Assembly: GCF_009914755.1 (NCBI RefSeq)
Contig: NC_060947.1
Strand: one strand, 5' to 3'
DNA length: 64,000 nucleotides
Source of the DNA: the human T2T-CHM13v2.0 reference genome, Homo sapiens
Of this stretch, positions 38,750 through 49,623 are shown one piece after another; positions within the stretch are counted from its first letter, which is position 1, and every line of letters starts with the position of its first letter. The notes under the pieces were generated by a model. That model was not told the origin of the DNA and did not search any database. It saw only the letters and a program-made list of their open reading frames with translations. The position numbers and the translations under genes were made by a program.

Positions 38750-39554
38750 TTTTTTTTTAACTGAGAAAAATCATGGTTTAACTAAAGCACTGAAAACAGC
38801 CCATATGAGACTTAGCAAATTGCTGTTGGTTAGTGTGACTAAATTGGTAGATAGAAAAATTCTATAGACATAGTGTGTTTGGATTTTAGCAAGGCACTGG
38901 TCAAAGCATGTGAGAAAGAACGAAGGATAACAATGAAACAGTAGTAGAGAATGGATGGGTTCAAAAGTGGTAGGTGGACTATATCCATACTGTTGACTGG
39001 TGGATTGATACAAATCCAAACCACTAACATTGCTCTGTGGTCACATCCCATACATACTTCTGCATTGTTCCAATTAGCAGAGTACTAATCTTAGATGTAT
39101 AAGTTGGAATTGCATTATGAATCTTATAAGATTACAAGATTCATAATTCAAGATTCATAATGCATTCATAAGATTACAAGATGAATAATGCAAATCCAAC
39201 TTATAGGTAGAAATTATTCTGTTCTTTTTTTTTTAATACTTTAAGTTCTGGGATACATGTGCAGAACATGCAGGTTTGTTACTTAGGTATACACGTGCCA
39301 TGGTGGTTTGCTGCAACCATCAACCTGTCATCTACATTAGGTACTTCTCCTAATGCTATCCCTCCACTAGCATCCCCACCCCCTGACAGGCCCTGGTGTG
39401 TGATGTTCTCCTCCCTGTGTCCATGTGTTCTCATTGTTCAACTCCCATTTATGAGTGAGAATATGCGGTGTTTGCTTTTCTGTTCCTGTGTTAGTTTGCT
39501 GAGTATGATGGTTTCCAGCTTCATCCACGTCCCTGCAAAGGACATGAACTCATT
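38750..39554 (-). mobile_element. 5'-truncated L1PA (L1PA6-8-like, 39235-39554) with a 466-bp 3' transduction (38759-39224)
   Basis: Two poly(T) tracts (38750-38758, 39225-39234). One 15-bp TSD encloses everything: GGCAAGGCATGTCTT (38735-38749) / GGCAAGGTACATCTT (39555-39569). Confidence 0.85.
38765..39010 (+). mobile_element. Ancient CR1/L3 LINE reverse-transcriptase fragment inside the transduced segment
   Basis: Translates as NHGLTK...VTKLVD, then a frameshift, then IDIVCLDFSKALVK (38864-38905). Compare CR1 RT QHGFTK...VTxLVD...VDVVYLDFSKAFD. Confidence 0.7.
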
Positions 39555-42254
39555 GGCAAGGTACATCTTACATGGTGACAGCAGTGAGAGAGCAAGTGAG
39601 CATGAGGAAGTACCACACTTTTAAACCATCAAGATCTCATGAGAACACCCTCACTATCACAAGAACAGCATGGGGGAAGTTGCCTCCATGATCCAATCAC
39701 CTCCCAGCAGTTCTCTCCCTTGACACGTGGGGATTACAATTCAAAATGAGATTTGGGTGGGGACACAGCCAAACTATATCATTCCGGCCCCAGCCCTTCC
39801 CAAATTTCATGTCCTCACATTTCAAAACACAATCATGCCTTCCTAACAATCCCCCAAAATCTTAACTAATTCCAGCATCACCCAAAAGTCCAAGTCTAAA
39901 GTCTCATCTGAGACAATGCAAGTCCCTCCACCTGTGAGCCTGTAAAATAAAAAACAAGTTAGTTACTTTCAAGACACAATGAGGGTACAGGCATTGGGTA
40001 GATGTTCCCATTCCAAATGGGAGAAATTGGCCAAAACAAAGGGGCTACAAGGTTCCATACAAGACCAAAACCCAGCGGGGCAGCCATTAAATCTTAAAGC
40101 TCCAAAATGATCTCCTTTGACTCCATGTCTCACATCCAGGGCATACTGATGCAAGGGGTGGGCTCCCATGGTCTTTGGCAGCTCCACCCCTTTGCCTTTG
40201 CAGGGTACAGCTCCCATAGCTGCTTTCACAGGCTAGTGTTGAGTGCCTGTGGCTTTTCCAGGTGCTCAGTGCAAGCTGTCAGTGGATCTACAATTCTGGG
40301 GTCTGGAGGATGGTGGCCCTCTCTCACAACTCCACTAGGCAGTATCCCAGTGGGGACTCTGTGTGGGGGCTCCAACCCCACATTTACCCTCTGCATGGCC
40401 ATAGTAGAGGTTCTCCATGTGGGTTCTGCCCCTGCAGCAGACTTCTGCCTGGACATCCAGATGTTTCCATATATCCTCTGAAATCTAGGCAGAAGTTACT
40501 AAAGCTCAACTCTTGTCTTCTGTGCACCTGAAGACCCAACACCACATGGAAGCTGCCAAGGCTTAGGGACTGCACCCTCTGAAGCAACAGCCCAAGTGTA
40601 CCTTGGCACCTTTTAGCCAAGGCTGGAGCTGGAGTGGCTGGGACACAGAACACCAAGTCCTGAGGTTGCACAGAGCATCAGGGCCCTGGACCTGGCCATG
40701 AAACCATTTTTCCTTCCTGGGGCCTCTGGGACTTGTGATGGGAGGGGCTGCCTTGAAGATCTCTGACATGCCCCTGGAGACATTTTGCCCATTGTCTTGG
40801 CTGTTAACATTTGGCTCCTCATTAGTTATGAAAATTTCTGTAGCCAGCTTGTGTTTCTTCTCAGAAAATGTGTTTTTCTTTTATACTTCATGGTCAGGCT
40901 GCAAATTTTCCACTTTTATGCTCTGCTTCCCTTTAAAATATAAGTTCCAATTTGTATGCTTTCAGGAAAAGCCAGATCACCTCTTGAATGTTTTGCTGCT
41001 TAGAAATTTCTTCTGCCAGATTCCCTAAATTTTCTCTCCCAAGTTCAAAGTTCCACAGATCTCTAGGGCAGCGGCAAAATGCTGCCAGTCTCTTTGCTAA
41101 AGCATGAATAGCATGAATGACCTTTGCTCCAGTTCCCAATAAGTTCCTTATCTTCATCTGAGAACACCTCAACCTGGACTTCGTTGTCCATATCACTATC
41201 AGCATTTTGGTCAAAACCATTCAACAAGTCTCTAGGGAGTTCCAAACCTTCCCACATCTTCCTGTCTTCTTCTGAGTCCTCCATGCTCTTCCAACCTCTG
41301 TCTGTTACCCAGTTCCAAAGTCACTTCCACGTTTTCGGGTTATCTTTATAGCAGTGCCCCAAACTCCCCGGTACCAATTCTCTATATTAGTCCATTTTCA
41401 CACTGCTATAAAGATACTACCTGAGACTGGGTAGTTTTTAAACAAAAGAGGTTTAATTGACTCACAGTTCTGCCTGGCTGGGGAGGCCTCAGGAAACTTA
41501 CAATCATAGTGGAAGTCAAAGGGGAAGCAGGCACCTTCTTCACAAGGTAGCAGGAGAGAGAGAAGAGAGATCAGATGAGGAAGTGCCACACTTTAAAGCC
41601 ATCGGCTCTTGTGAGAACTCACTCACTATCACGAGAACAGCATGGGGGAAACCATCCCCCATGATCCAATCACCTCCCACCAGGTCCCTCCTTGGACACC
41701 TGGGGATTATAATTCAAAATAAGATTTAGGTGGGGATACAGAGCAAAACCGTATCATATGGTTTGATTTGTATCAGTCTCCAAATAGTCGTGAAGTTCTC
41801 TTTGACAGGTGGACAACTGAGGTGGGCTATCTAATTTAACTGAAAATTAACATTGGCAGCTGTTCCTGCTAAAAAGATAATCTGTCTTTCAAATTGAGTA
41901 GAGCAATGCTGACCCCTTTCCAGCTTCTTACCCATACTTGTGGACAAATGACAGTTTCCCTCCTGCAAACACTAAACTCAGAGACATGCCGGGCCCTTTG
42001 TTCTAGGTCATGTCAAATGGGATCCACAGCTGCCCTCTAAACTAACAGCCACTGATAGCAGTCCTTGCCTCTGTTTAACCCTGTTTTCACCATGGTACTC
42101 ACTGAATGAGATAGATCAACACTGGCCTCTTACTTAGTCTTAATACCATCGAAAATCCTTCTGAAAATCTTCACTCCCAATGTAAAAAATTCTATTCACT
42201 CATGTTTGGAGTGCATGAATTCACTTATATTTTTGGATTTTGGGAATTTTGGAA

Positions 42255-42690
42255 AATACCTTGGATAGTTTCCCTGAAAGCAGACACTGCGATGGAGATT
42301 TGCATGCAGGAGGTTTTTTGAGGGGGTGTGAGTGATGAGGGAATCAGCATTAGGTAGAGGGAGATGCTGGGCTACAGTGTAGTTGTAACAGTGGCCTCAG
42401 TGATGCCACTGGCAGCTCTGCAGTTAGGCTGGCCCCTCAGAGACGTCTCACATTAAGGAAAATGGGACAAGCTAAAGGAAGCTGGATCCCTGTGTTGACT
42501 AGTGATTGCTTGAGGGTTGTCCCCAGGAAAGGGGAGTAGCTTTGGATGGGACTGTTCTTTTCAGTAGAGAGCAAGACTTAAAGAGGCACTCAGCTGTGAG
42601 CCATCAGCAGCCAATGCTCCCAGCAGCTAGGAGAACTTGTGCCTTGTCCTGTAGAGAGATCTGGGTGGTGCACTGAAGGCCATTACAATC
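42255..42690. mobile_element. LTR16-like ERVL LTR
   Basis: TTTCCCTGAAAGCAGACACTGCGATGGAGATTTGCATGCAGGAGGTTT...GAGATCTGGGTGGTGCAC. Confidence 0.6.
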
Positions 42691-42910
42691 CCAGAAAGTA
42701 CAGTAATGCCAAGAACCATTTCCCTTACACCTTTTTACCCAGAATAAACTCTGGTGACATTTTGACACATTTGAGTCCTGTCTTTCATCTGTGTATATAT
42801 TTAAAGATTACTCAAGTAATATATGAGTGTAATCTCCTAAGAATTAGAACATTACAAATAAAGTTCCTTGGACTACCTCCTCTATCCTTGTTCCATCCCT
42901 GTAGCTCTGG

Positions 42911-43773
42911 CAGAACCAAAACTAGCATATGGCAAGTGAGGCACTTGCCTCAGGTGCAAAATTTAAGAAAGTACCAAAACATTTAAGAATCAAGATACAT
43001 GGTATCTGGGGAGGTCATTATGTTAATTGAAATAAGGCAGGCACAGAAAGACAGATATTGCATGTTCTCACTCATATGTGGGAACCAAAAAAAGTGGATC
43101 TCATGCAGATAGAGAGTAGATGGGTGGTTACCAGAGGTGGGGGTGGGGGGATGAAAAGAAATTGATTAATAAGTGCAAATACACAGTTTCACAGAAGGAA
43201 TAAGACCTAGTGTTCAAAAGATCAGTAGGGTGTCTATATACAGTTTACAATAATTTATTGTACATTTCAAAATAGCTAGAAGAGAATGATTTGAATGTTT
43301 CTGGCATCAGGAAAGGATGAATTTTTAAGGTGATGAATATCCCAAGTACACTGATCTGATCTTTACAATTTATATGAATGTATTAAGTTATCACATGTAC
43401 CCTGAAGGTATGTACATCTACTATGCATCAATAAAAAATAAAAAAGATACATAGTATTTAATATGATACTTTAAAAAATCAAAATTGGTGCAAAAAAGTC
43501 CTCAATGAACAAAATATCAAAATGTTAAATACAGGATTAGCAACTGTGCAGTGTCGAGTCACACTGGAGCTTGAGGCAAGATGAAAAATTAGCCATAGTG
43601 ATAATATCTTTATTTAACATTTTGATATTTTGTCATAAATTTTTTCATTAATTTTGATTGTAGAAATAATAATGCATTAACATATTATCTATGTTGATAA
43701 CTGAATATTTTGGCACCCTGTTAACTTTTGTGCCCAAGCTGAGTGCCTCACTTGTCTCACCCTGGTCCCAAGC
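42911..43773. mobile_element. MER96-like hAT MITE, split by an L1 fragment
   Basis: Subterminal inverted repeats GCAAGTGAGGCACTTGCCTCAGGTGCAAAATTTAA / TTAACTTTTGTGCCCAAGCTGAGTGCCTCACTTGTC. Confidence 0.65.
43006..43443 (+). mobile_element. L1MA 3' end, 5'-truncated
   Basis: GCACAGAAAGACAGATATTGCATGTTCTCACTCATATGTGGGA followed by an A-rich tail. TSD AAGATACATGGTAT (42992-43005) / AAGATACATAGTAT (43444-43457). Confidence 0.85.
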
Positions 43774-43989
43774 AGAGATGTTGCTGCTCAGGGCATATGC
43801 TTCTGACCATTTCCAAGCTTCTTTGCATAGATGTACACATAGTCATCAGAATCCTGTTGACTTTATTTCTAAGACAGATTTCCCAGTCCTTCTACATCTC
43901 TGCATCCCATCACTACCATCTCAGACCAAGTCACCATCTTCTCTCACTGGAGATGTTTGCATTAGCCTCCTAACATTTAAATTGTAATG

Positions 43990-45370
43990 AAATTCAAATT
44001 AATGAGTTTCTGTTATCTAAGTCATTGCCATACCCACACACCCAACATTGTCTAGAACTTCTCCTATGTTATCTTCTAATAGTTTTATAGTTTTGCATTT
44101 TGTATCTAGGTCTATGGTCTATTTTCAGTTAACTTTTGTGAATCTATTTAAAAAGCACTGTTCTCCTAACTTTTTTACTCAGCCATGAATTTTTGAGATC
44201 TTTCTCTCTCCCCCAACCCCCTGTGGATATATATGTATAGTTTCACACATGTCACCACTCTATTGTTTTCTATCACATGTATATATCACTTTCTACTGAC
44301 GTGGTATATTCAGTGATAGGCATTCAGATTTTTTCCTTTTTTTGATAGTACAAGCAATGCTGCATCCTCGTCTACATCTTCTTGTCCATGTGTACAGGTG
44401 TTTCTCTAAGAGAGATGCATGGAAGTGAAACTGCTGCTGCAGAGTGGATGTGCATTTTCAGTTTCAATAGATCCTGGCAGAGTACTGTCCACAAGCAGAG
44501 GATGAGAGTGTCTGTCTCCCCCACAACCCAGTCAACATTTGATGTTGTCTAACTTTGCTAATCTTAAGGTTGAAAAAAATGGTATCTCATAAAAATTATT
44601 TTCCCCTAATTATCAGTGAGGATGAACATATTTTTACATGTGTATTGATTTTTAAAATATTTTATCTGCTGTTAAATGATCATTTTCTATCTTTTGGCAG
44701 TTTTTTTCTATTGGGATGTTTTTCTTCTTCTGGTGAATTTGAAGGAGTTCTTTATACTGCATATCAATATTTGACTGTTATATTTATTGCAAATACTTTT
44801 CCCCAGTCTCTTTATTGTCTTTTAAAGTTGTTTATGGTGTGTTTTGCCATACACAAGTTTCCAATTCACCTGTAGGCAAATACGTTGATTTTATTCCCCT
44901 TATTGTTTCTGTTTTTTTTTTGAGACAAAGTCTTGCTCTTGTCCCCCAGGCTGGAGTGCGATAGCACAATCTTGGCTCACTGCAACCTCACCTCCCGTGT
45001 TCAAGCGATTCTCCTGCCTCAGCCCCCCGAGTAGCTGGGATTACAGGCGCCTGCCGCCTGGCTAGTTTTGGTATTTTTAGTAGAGACAGGGTTTCACCAT
45101 GTTGGCCAGGCTGATCTCGAACTCCTGACCTCAGGTGATCCACCTGCCTCGGCCTCCCAAAGTGCTGGGATTACAGGCGTGAGCCACTGCACCCTGCCTG
45201 TTTCTGTTTTTTAGGTCTTGCTTAAGAGAACTTTTCTTACCTCTAGATTACAAAATTATCACTCTATATTTCCTTATAATAATTTTAACTATATATATGC
45301 TTGTTGATTGATTTGTAGGTCTTTTGTTGACTTGGAATCTATATTTCTGTATGATGTGAAGAATATAATT
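43990..45370 (-). mobile_element. Old L1M fragments (host of the Alu)
   Basis: TCTTCTAATAGTTTTATAGTTTTGCATTTT and TATTGCAAATACTTTTCCCCAGTCT are antisense ORF2 motifs. Confidence 0.6.
44918..45198 (-). mobile_element. AluS (AluSq-like)
   Basis: Dimeric Alu. TSD TGTTTCTGTTTTTT at 44904-44917 and 45199-45212. Confidence 0.95.
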
Positions 45371-45689
45371 TTATTTTTTAAATTAATGAATTTCTAATTA
45401 TTTGCTTATACTCTACACGTCAACTTGTTTCAGTATCGAGTTTATCTTTGTGGGCTGTATCTTGGTGGGTATGAGGGGATAAGCATGGTATCTACAGAGT
45501 GTGATCTATTCCTTTCTGCAAACTATAAATACTTAGATTCTTAGTAGTCACTGGCTAATGAAAAGGATTCTACATCACTAAATGGTCAGGATGGGACCAT
45601 CCACTGTATCAGTGCAGGCTACCCAATGCCAGACAAACGTCCCTAGATCTAGATTGGAGAAAATATTCCTCAAAGTTCCTTAAGGAAGA

Positions 45690-45915
45690 CAATGTAGTGT
45701 ATTGTCTTTGCAATCACACAGAGCTGGGTTTGAATCTCAGCTCTGCCATTTTCATCTGTGTGGCCCAGGGCAAGTTTGCTCATCTCTAAGACTCAGTTTC
45801 CTTATCCCTAAAAAGGAAATAATAATTCTTATTTTGTGGGTTCGTTGTGAAAATCTGAGACAATACAAAGTACTTGGCACATGTTTAGTGTTCAATCATG
45901 TTAACCATTGTTACT
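45690..45915 (+). mobile_element. MIR SINE
   Basis: CTGGGTTTGAATCTCAGCTCTGCCA...GGGCAAGTT...CTCAGTTTCCTTATC. Confidence 0.8.
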
Positions 45916-46384
45916 TCTGGTTATGATAATGACTTCTGCAAAGATGTGACTATTTGGGGCGTGGGGTGCACAGAGGAGGAGTAAAAATTGAGAAATGGCA
46001 ACCATTCTTGAAGAGTTGAGGTGGGAGAGATGTGAGGTTGTTGGTATCCCCAGAAAAGCCCAGGAGAGACATTGGAGCCAGCACCAAAACTGTCTAGTAC
46101 TTGTGCTAGGCCAGCAGAAAAGCCCCCAGGGATCTCTATTCTTGCCTTGTTAGACAAAACCATGAGTCATCACCTTGGGAAAGAGTGTGGAAACCCAGAG
46201 AAGCAATGTTTGAACAGATGGTCTATTGTTTGAGAGCAAATAAACTAGGGATATCTTCAGACAGGAGTAGAACAAGTTATCACATGGCAATGACTTAATA
46301 GGTTTCAATAGAAAGCTGGCTAGGGCCAAAGCTGGAGTAACAAAAAGGAACTGAAAGGGATGCCGAAGCAGAGCATACCTGGAG

Positions 46385-46481
46385 AATCATTGAATTATAT
46401 TATAATATATTATAATATAATTCAAAGATTATAACTATAACATGGTTATAACGTTATAACTATATAGTTATAATATTATAA
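46385..46481. repeat. AT-rich palindrome cluster
   Basis: 36-bp perfect palindrome at 46390-46425, plus 16-, 20- and 14-bp palindromes at 46445-46460, 46454-46473 and 46468-46481. Confidence 0.9.
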
Positions 46482-46669
46482 GCCTCATTGGTTGGCACTG
46501 GGAAGCCCTGCACCATTCTCAAGGTAGGGCACAGTCGTTCTCATCTTGCTGGGGAGCTTGGGCTAAAGCAATTCAGATGTGGTAGATGAAGACAAAGAGG
46601 AAGAAATGGGTTCTGAAGAACGTGGTCATAGAGCAAGCCTTGGTGACCTGTTGGGAGCAGAGCTGTATA

Positions 46670-46837
46670 GACCCTTTGTACTCAAAGCAGAGTCCGTAAA
46701 CCAGTAGCATAGGCCTCATCTGGAAGCTTATTAGAAATATAGACCCTTGGGTTCCACCCCAGACCCACTGAATTAGAATCTGTATTTTATCAAATCCCCA
46801 GGTGATTTGAATACATTCAAAAGTTTGGAGAAGTGCA
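46670..46837. mobile_element. MER5B-like hAT-Charlie MITE
   Basis: GGAAGCTTATTAGAAAT...CCACCCCAGACCCACTGAATTAGAATCTGTATTTT...CCCCAGGTGATT. Confidence 0.75.
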
Positions 46838-47415
46838 CATCTAGGCCTGGGATAAAATAGGCTCAAGTGGAAGGAGGATTTCCTGGAAGATTTGTTTATT
46901 CACTTCTCAAAGTCAAATTTTTCAGCATAAAACATTTTTTAACCCAAGGATTTCAAATAATACTATTCCAAACATGTTCCATCTACTACTTGGGTCAGGT
47001 AAAAAATACTTTATTTTGGCATAATTATTAATACCCAAATAATAAAACCATTTTCTTACTTTAGATAAGATAGAAATACTACTTCAATTTTTCCACAGGG
47101 CAAAAGGCTTATCAGTATTAACAAGTACTATCCTGTCTTTAATTCTTTGCTTTGTCTCCAATGAGAATCATGCTTAATTATTGAACTGCTGAGTAAGAAA
47201 AAACAATGCCTATTAGATATTAACTGAGATAATTAAATCTACTCAATTGAAGAATTTTGCTCAACTGGGATCACCTCAAACATTAAACAGCCTTTAGAGT
47301 TTTCTCTTCAACTTGGTGATTCCAGGAGAAAGTGCCTGGGTAAAAATTCAGCTTGTTCCAGTTGTCACACTTTTGAGTAAAATCAAAACATTACTTAGCT
47401 CATTACCTTCTAAGA

Positions 47416-47605
47416 AAGCATTTTCAAAGTGTAGTCCCTGGACCAGCATTATCAGTATCACCTGGGAACTTGTCAGAGACGCACATTCTCTGGCACCACC
47501 CAAGACATACTGAACTAGAGTCTCTGGGGGTGGGGCTCAGCAATCTATATGTTTAACAAACCTTCCAGGTGATTCTCATTCATGCTAAAGTTTGAGAATC
47601 AGTGT
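47416..47605. mobile_element. MER5A hAT-Charlie MITE
   Basis: TCAAAGTGTAGTCCCTGGACCAGCA...CACCTGGGAACTTGTCAGA...AAGTTTGAGAATCAGTG. Confidence 0.85.
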
Positions 47606-47639
47606 TCTAAGTCATGTGGTCCAGGAGATAAAAAGTCAA

Positions 47640-47818
47640 GTGCATAAACAATGGAAAGAATGTGGAAGTTGATCCAGAAGCTGTGGATTCCAGTCCCACC
47701 TGTGAAACTTTGTTGTGTGACTTTGCATAAAGCATCACGCTACTCTGGGCTTCAATTTCCTCATTTTTAAAATGGAAGAGTTGGAATCGATGATACTCAA
47801 GGTTCCTTAAGTTTCTGA
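47640..47818 (+). mobile_element. MIR (MIR3/MIRc-like)
   Basis: TGTGTGACTTTGCATAAAG...CTCTGGGCTTCAATTTCCTCATTTTTAAAATGG...AAGGTTCCTT. Confidence 0.7.
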
Positions 47819-49623
47819 TAGATTAGATGTGGCTATTGGAACAGAGTGAGTTTTCACTCAGGCACTTTCTCCTGGAATTACCAAAATAAAAAGAAAAATC
47901 TAGGAAGATCTTTAATGTTAAGTAAAATGTAGATTTTGAGGTGATCCCAATTGAGAAAATTTATTTTGAGTAAATCTAATGATTTCCCATTCATGTATCA
48001 GATGTCTGTTAGTGATAGATAATATTGCTAGTTATCTATCATATGGATATGTTTTGCTGCACGTTAAGCATGATACTTGATTCCTTGTATGGTAAACACT
48101 TATAAATTCTAACTTAAGAGAACTTATTTTCCTTTTGGAAATATTTCCACTTTTACCTTGGAATTATACTACATATATCCCCATGTGGTTGAGCTAGCTG
48201 TCACAGTGTCAATGTAGTCAAGCCCATTTAATTTTTTTAGCACTTGGTTACGTGGTTTTCTTGCACATGAGTGATTAGAAGTACCTAACTCTATGGTGAT
48301 ACTAGCTGTCAACAAGAAGAGCCTGCATTCTGGTATCAGAAAAAAGAGTGATGTCCTGCTGCACCAGCTTCCTTGCTGTCCCTTGTGTTCCTTCCCTAAG
48401 CAGGCTTCCATCTTAGAACCTGTGCATTTGCCGTCCCATCCTCCTGGGAAACAGGTCGACACATGTGTCATTGTGCCTAATTAAAACTGGCATTTGAAGA
48501 TTGCTCACTAGAAGAGTTTTATTTACATGTATGGTCTGATTATCTGGAAGTAGCAAGCAAAGCCATGAAGTTATTATTTGTGCACAACCTTCTTATGTAA
48601 ACAGACACTCTCTGTATAGAAGTCAAAATGCAGAAATAGATTAAATATAGAATTAAAGTGAAGGCTACATCTTTCTACTATTAAACTCAATAACGGTGAT
48701 TTGGTTTTAGCAAAGCAACATAATCCATCATATTAAATTAATGCTGATCATCTGAATTTATTGGCTCTGTAATTTTGTTTGCATTTAATTTATTAATTAG
48801 TTGTATAGTTGCATGAAGAGTGATAAGCATGAGGAGTTTATTTTTAGTGTGTGACTATTTAAGTAATATTATGACAGAAATAATGAGACGACACTGGAGC
48901 CTGCAAGCATAAGTCAAATTGGAAAAATACATTTTAGGTGATTACGTGATGATTGTCACAATAAAATTCTTCATAACAGAGAAAACAAGGGGGAAGTGTG
49001 AGAGGCTTAAGTATTTCAGGCCAAAGTTAAAAAACAAGAAAAGCCTTGGCAGTACATTTTGCCAGTAATAAAGAGAATTACAGGAAAAAAAAAACAACAA
49101 CAAAAAACTGGTGAAACTGAAAAAAAAATATGCTTCTTGGCTAAGGAATTGTTAAACATTTAGAGCCAGGAAAGAAGTTTATATTAATTTTCCAGACACT
49201 TTCTACTTTCCATTCCTCCATTCCATTAGACACGCCCCGAAAAGAAAAAAAAACAGTTAGAGATCTGAAGACGAAATTAAATAGCATGGAAAATATTGAG
49301 AGACTTTTTCCCCTAAAATATGGCTAGATGTATTCGTGCCTTTTTGGTGTTGTAGGAAGTGGTTCTCATAAAGGGACATTTGAAAAGTTGGTACCATTGT
49401 ATCTGGTGACTGTGAGACAAAACAAAAACACAAACACAAAGCACCTCTAAACTTAGTCTTCATTTAAAAAGGGAGACTTGGAAGGAATTTTGAAAGCTTC
49501 CAAAGTTTTCTCATGATTTTACTCCCCTCAAATCTCTGACAGAATGAACAAGCTTTCTAAAACACAGTTAAACTCATTGAACAGTTAGTTAAATTAGCTT
49601 TTTGGCATTATGGAGAAAGAAAT

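Larger units (their letters stand above)
38592..41756 (-). mobile_element. Full-length THE1 (THE1C/D) MaLR provirus: 3' LTR 38592-39781 (interrupted), internal 39782-41382, 5' LTR 41383-41756
   Basis: Two ~370-bp LTRs and a 1.6-kb internal region with PBS-side GGTACCAATT and a PPT-side pyrimidine tract on +. 5-bp TSD CATGG (38587-38591) / TATGG (41757-41761). Confidence 0.95.
47221..47993. repeat. Long inverted repeat, arms 47221-47370 and 47828-47993
   Basis: 47313-47350 vs 47847-47884 match 34/38 as reverse complements. 47260-47280 vs 47935-47955 match 20/21. Confidence 0.85.

Noticed and set aside
38771-39051. Minus-strand ORFs in the transduced segment as a possible shuffled exon
   Set aside because: No recognisable protein or splice structure. 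The opposite strand is better explained as CR1/L3 RT.
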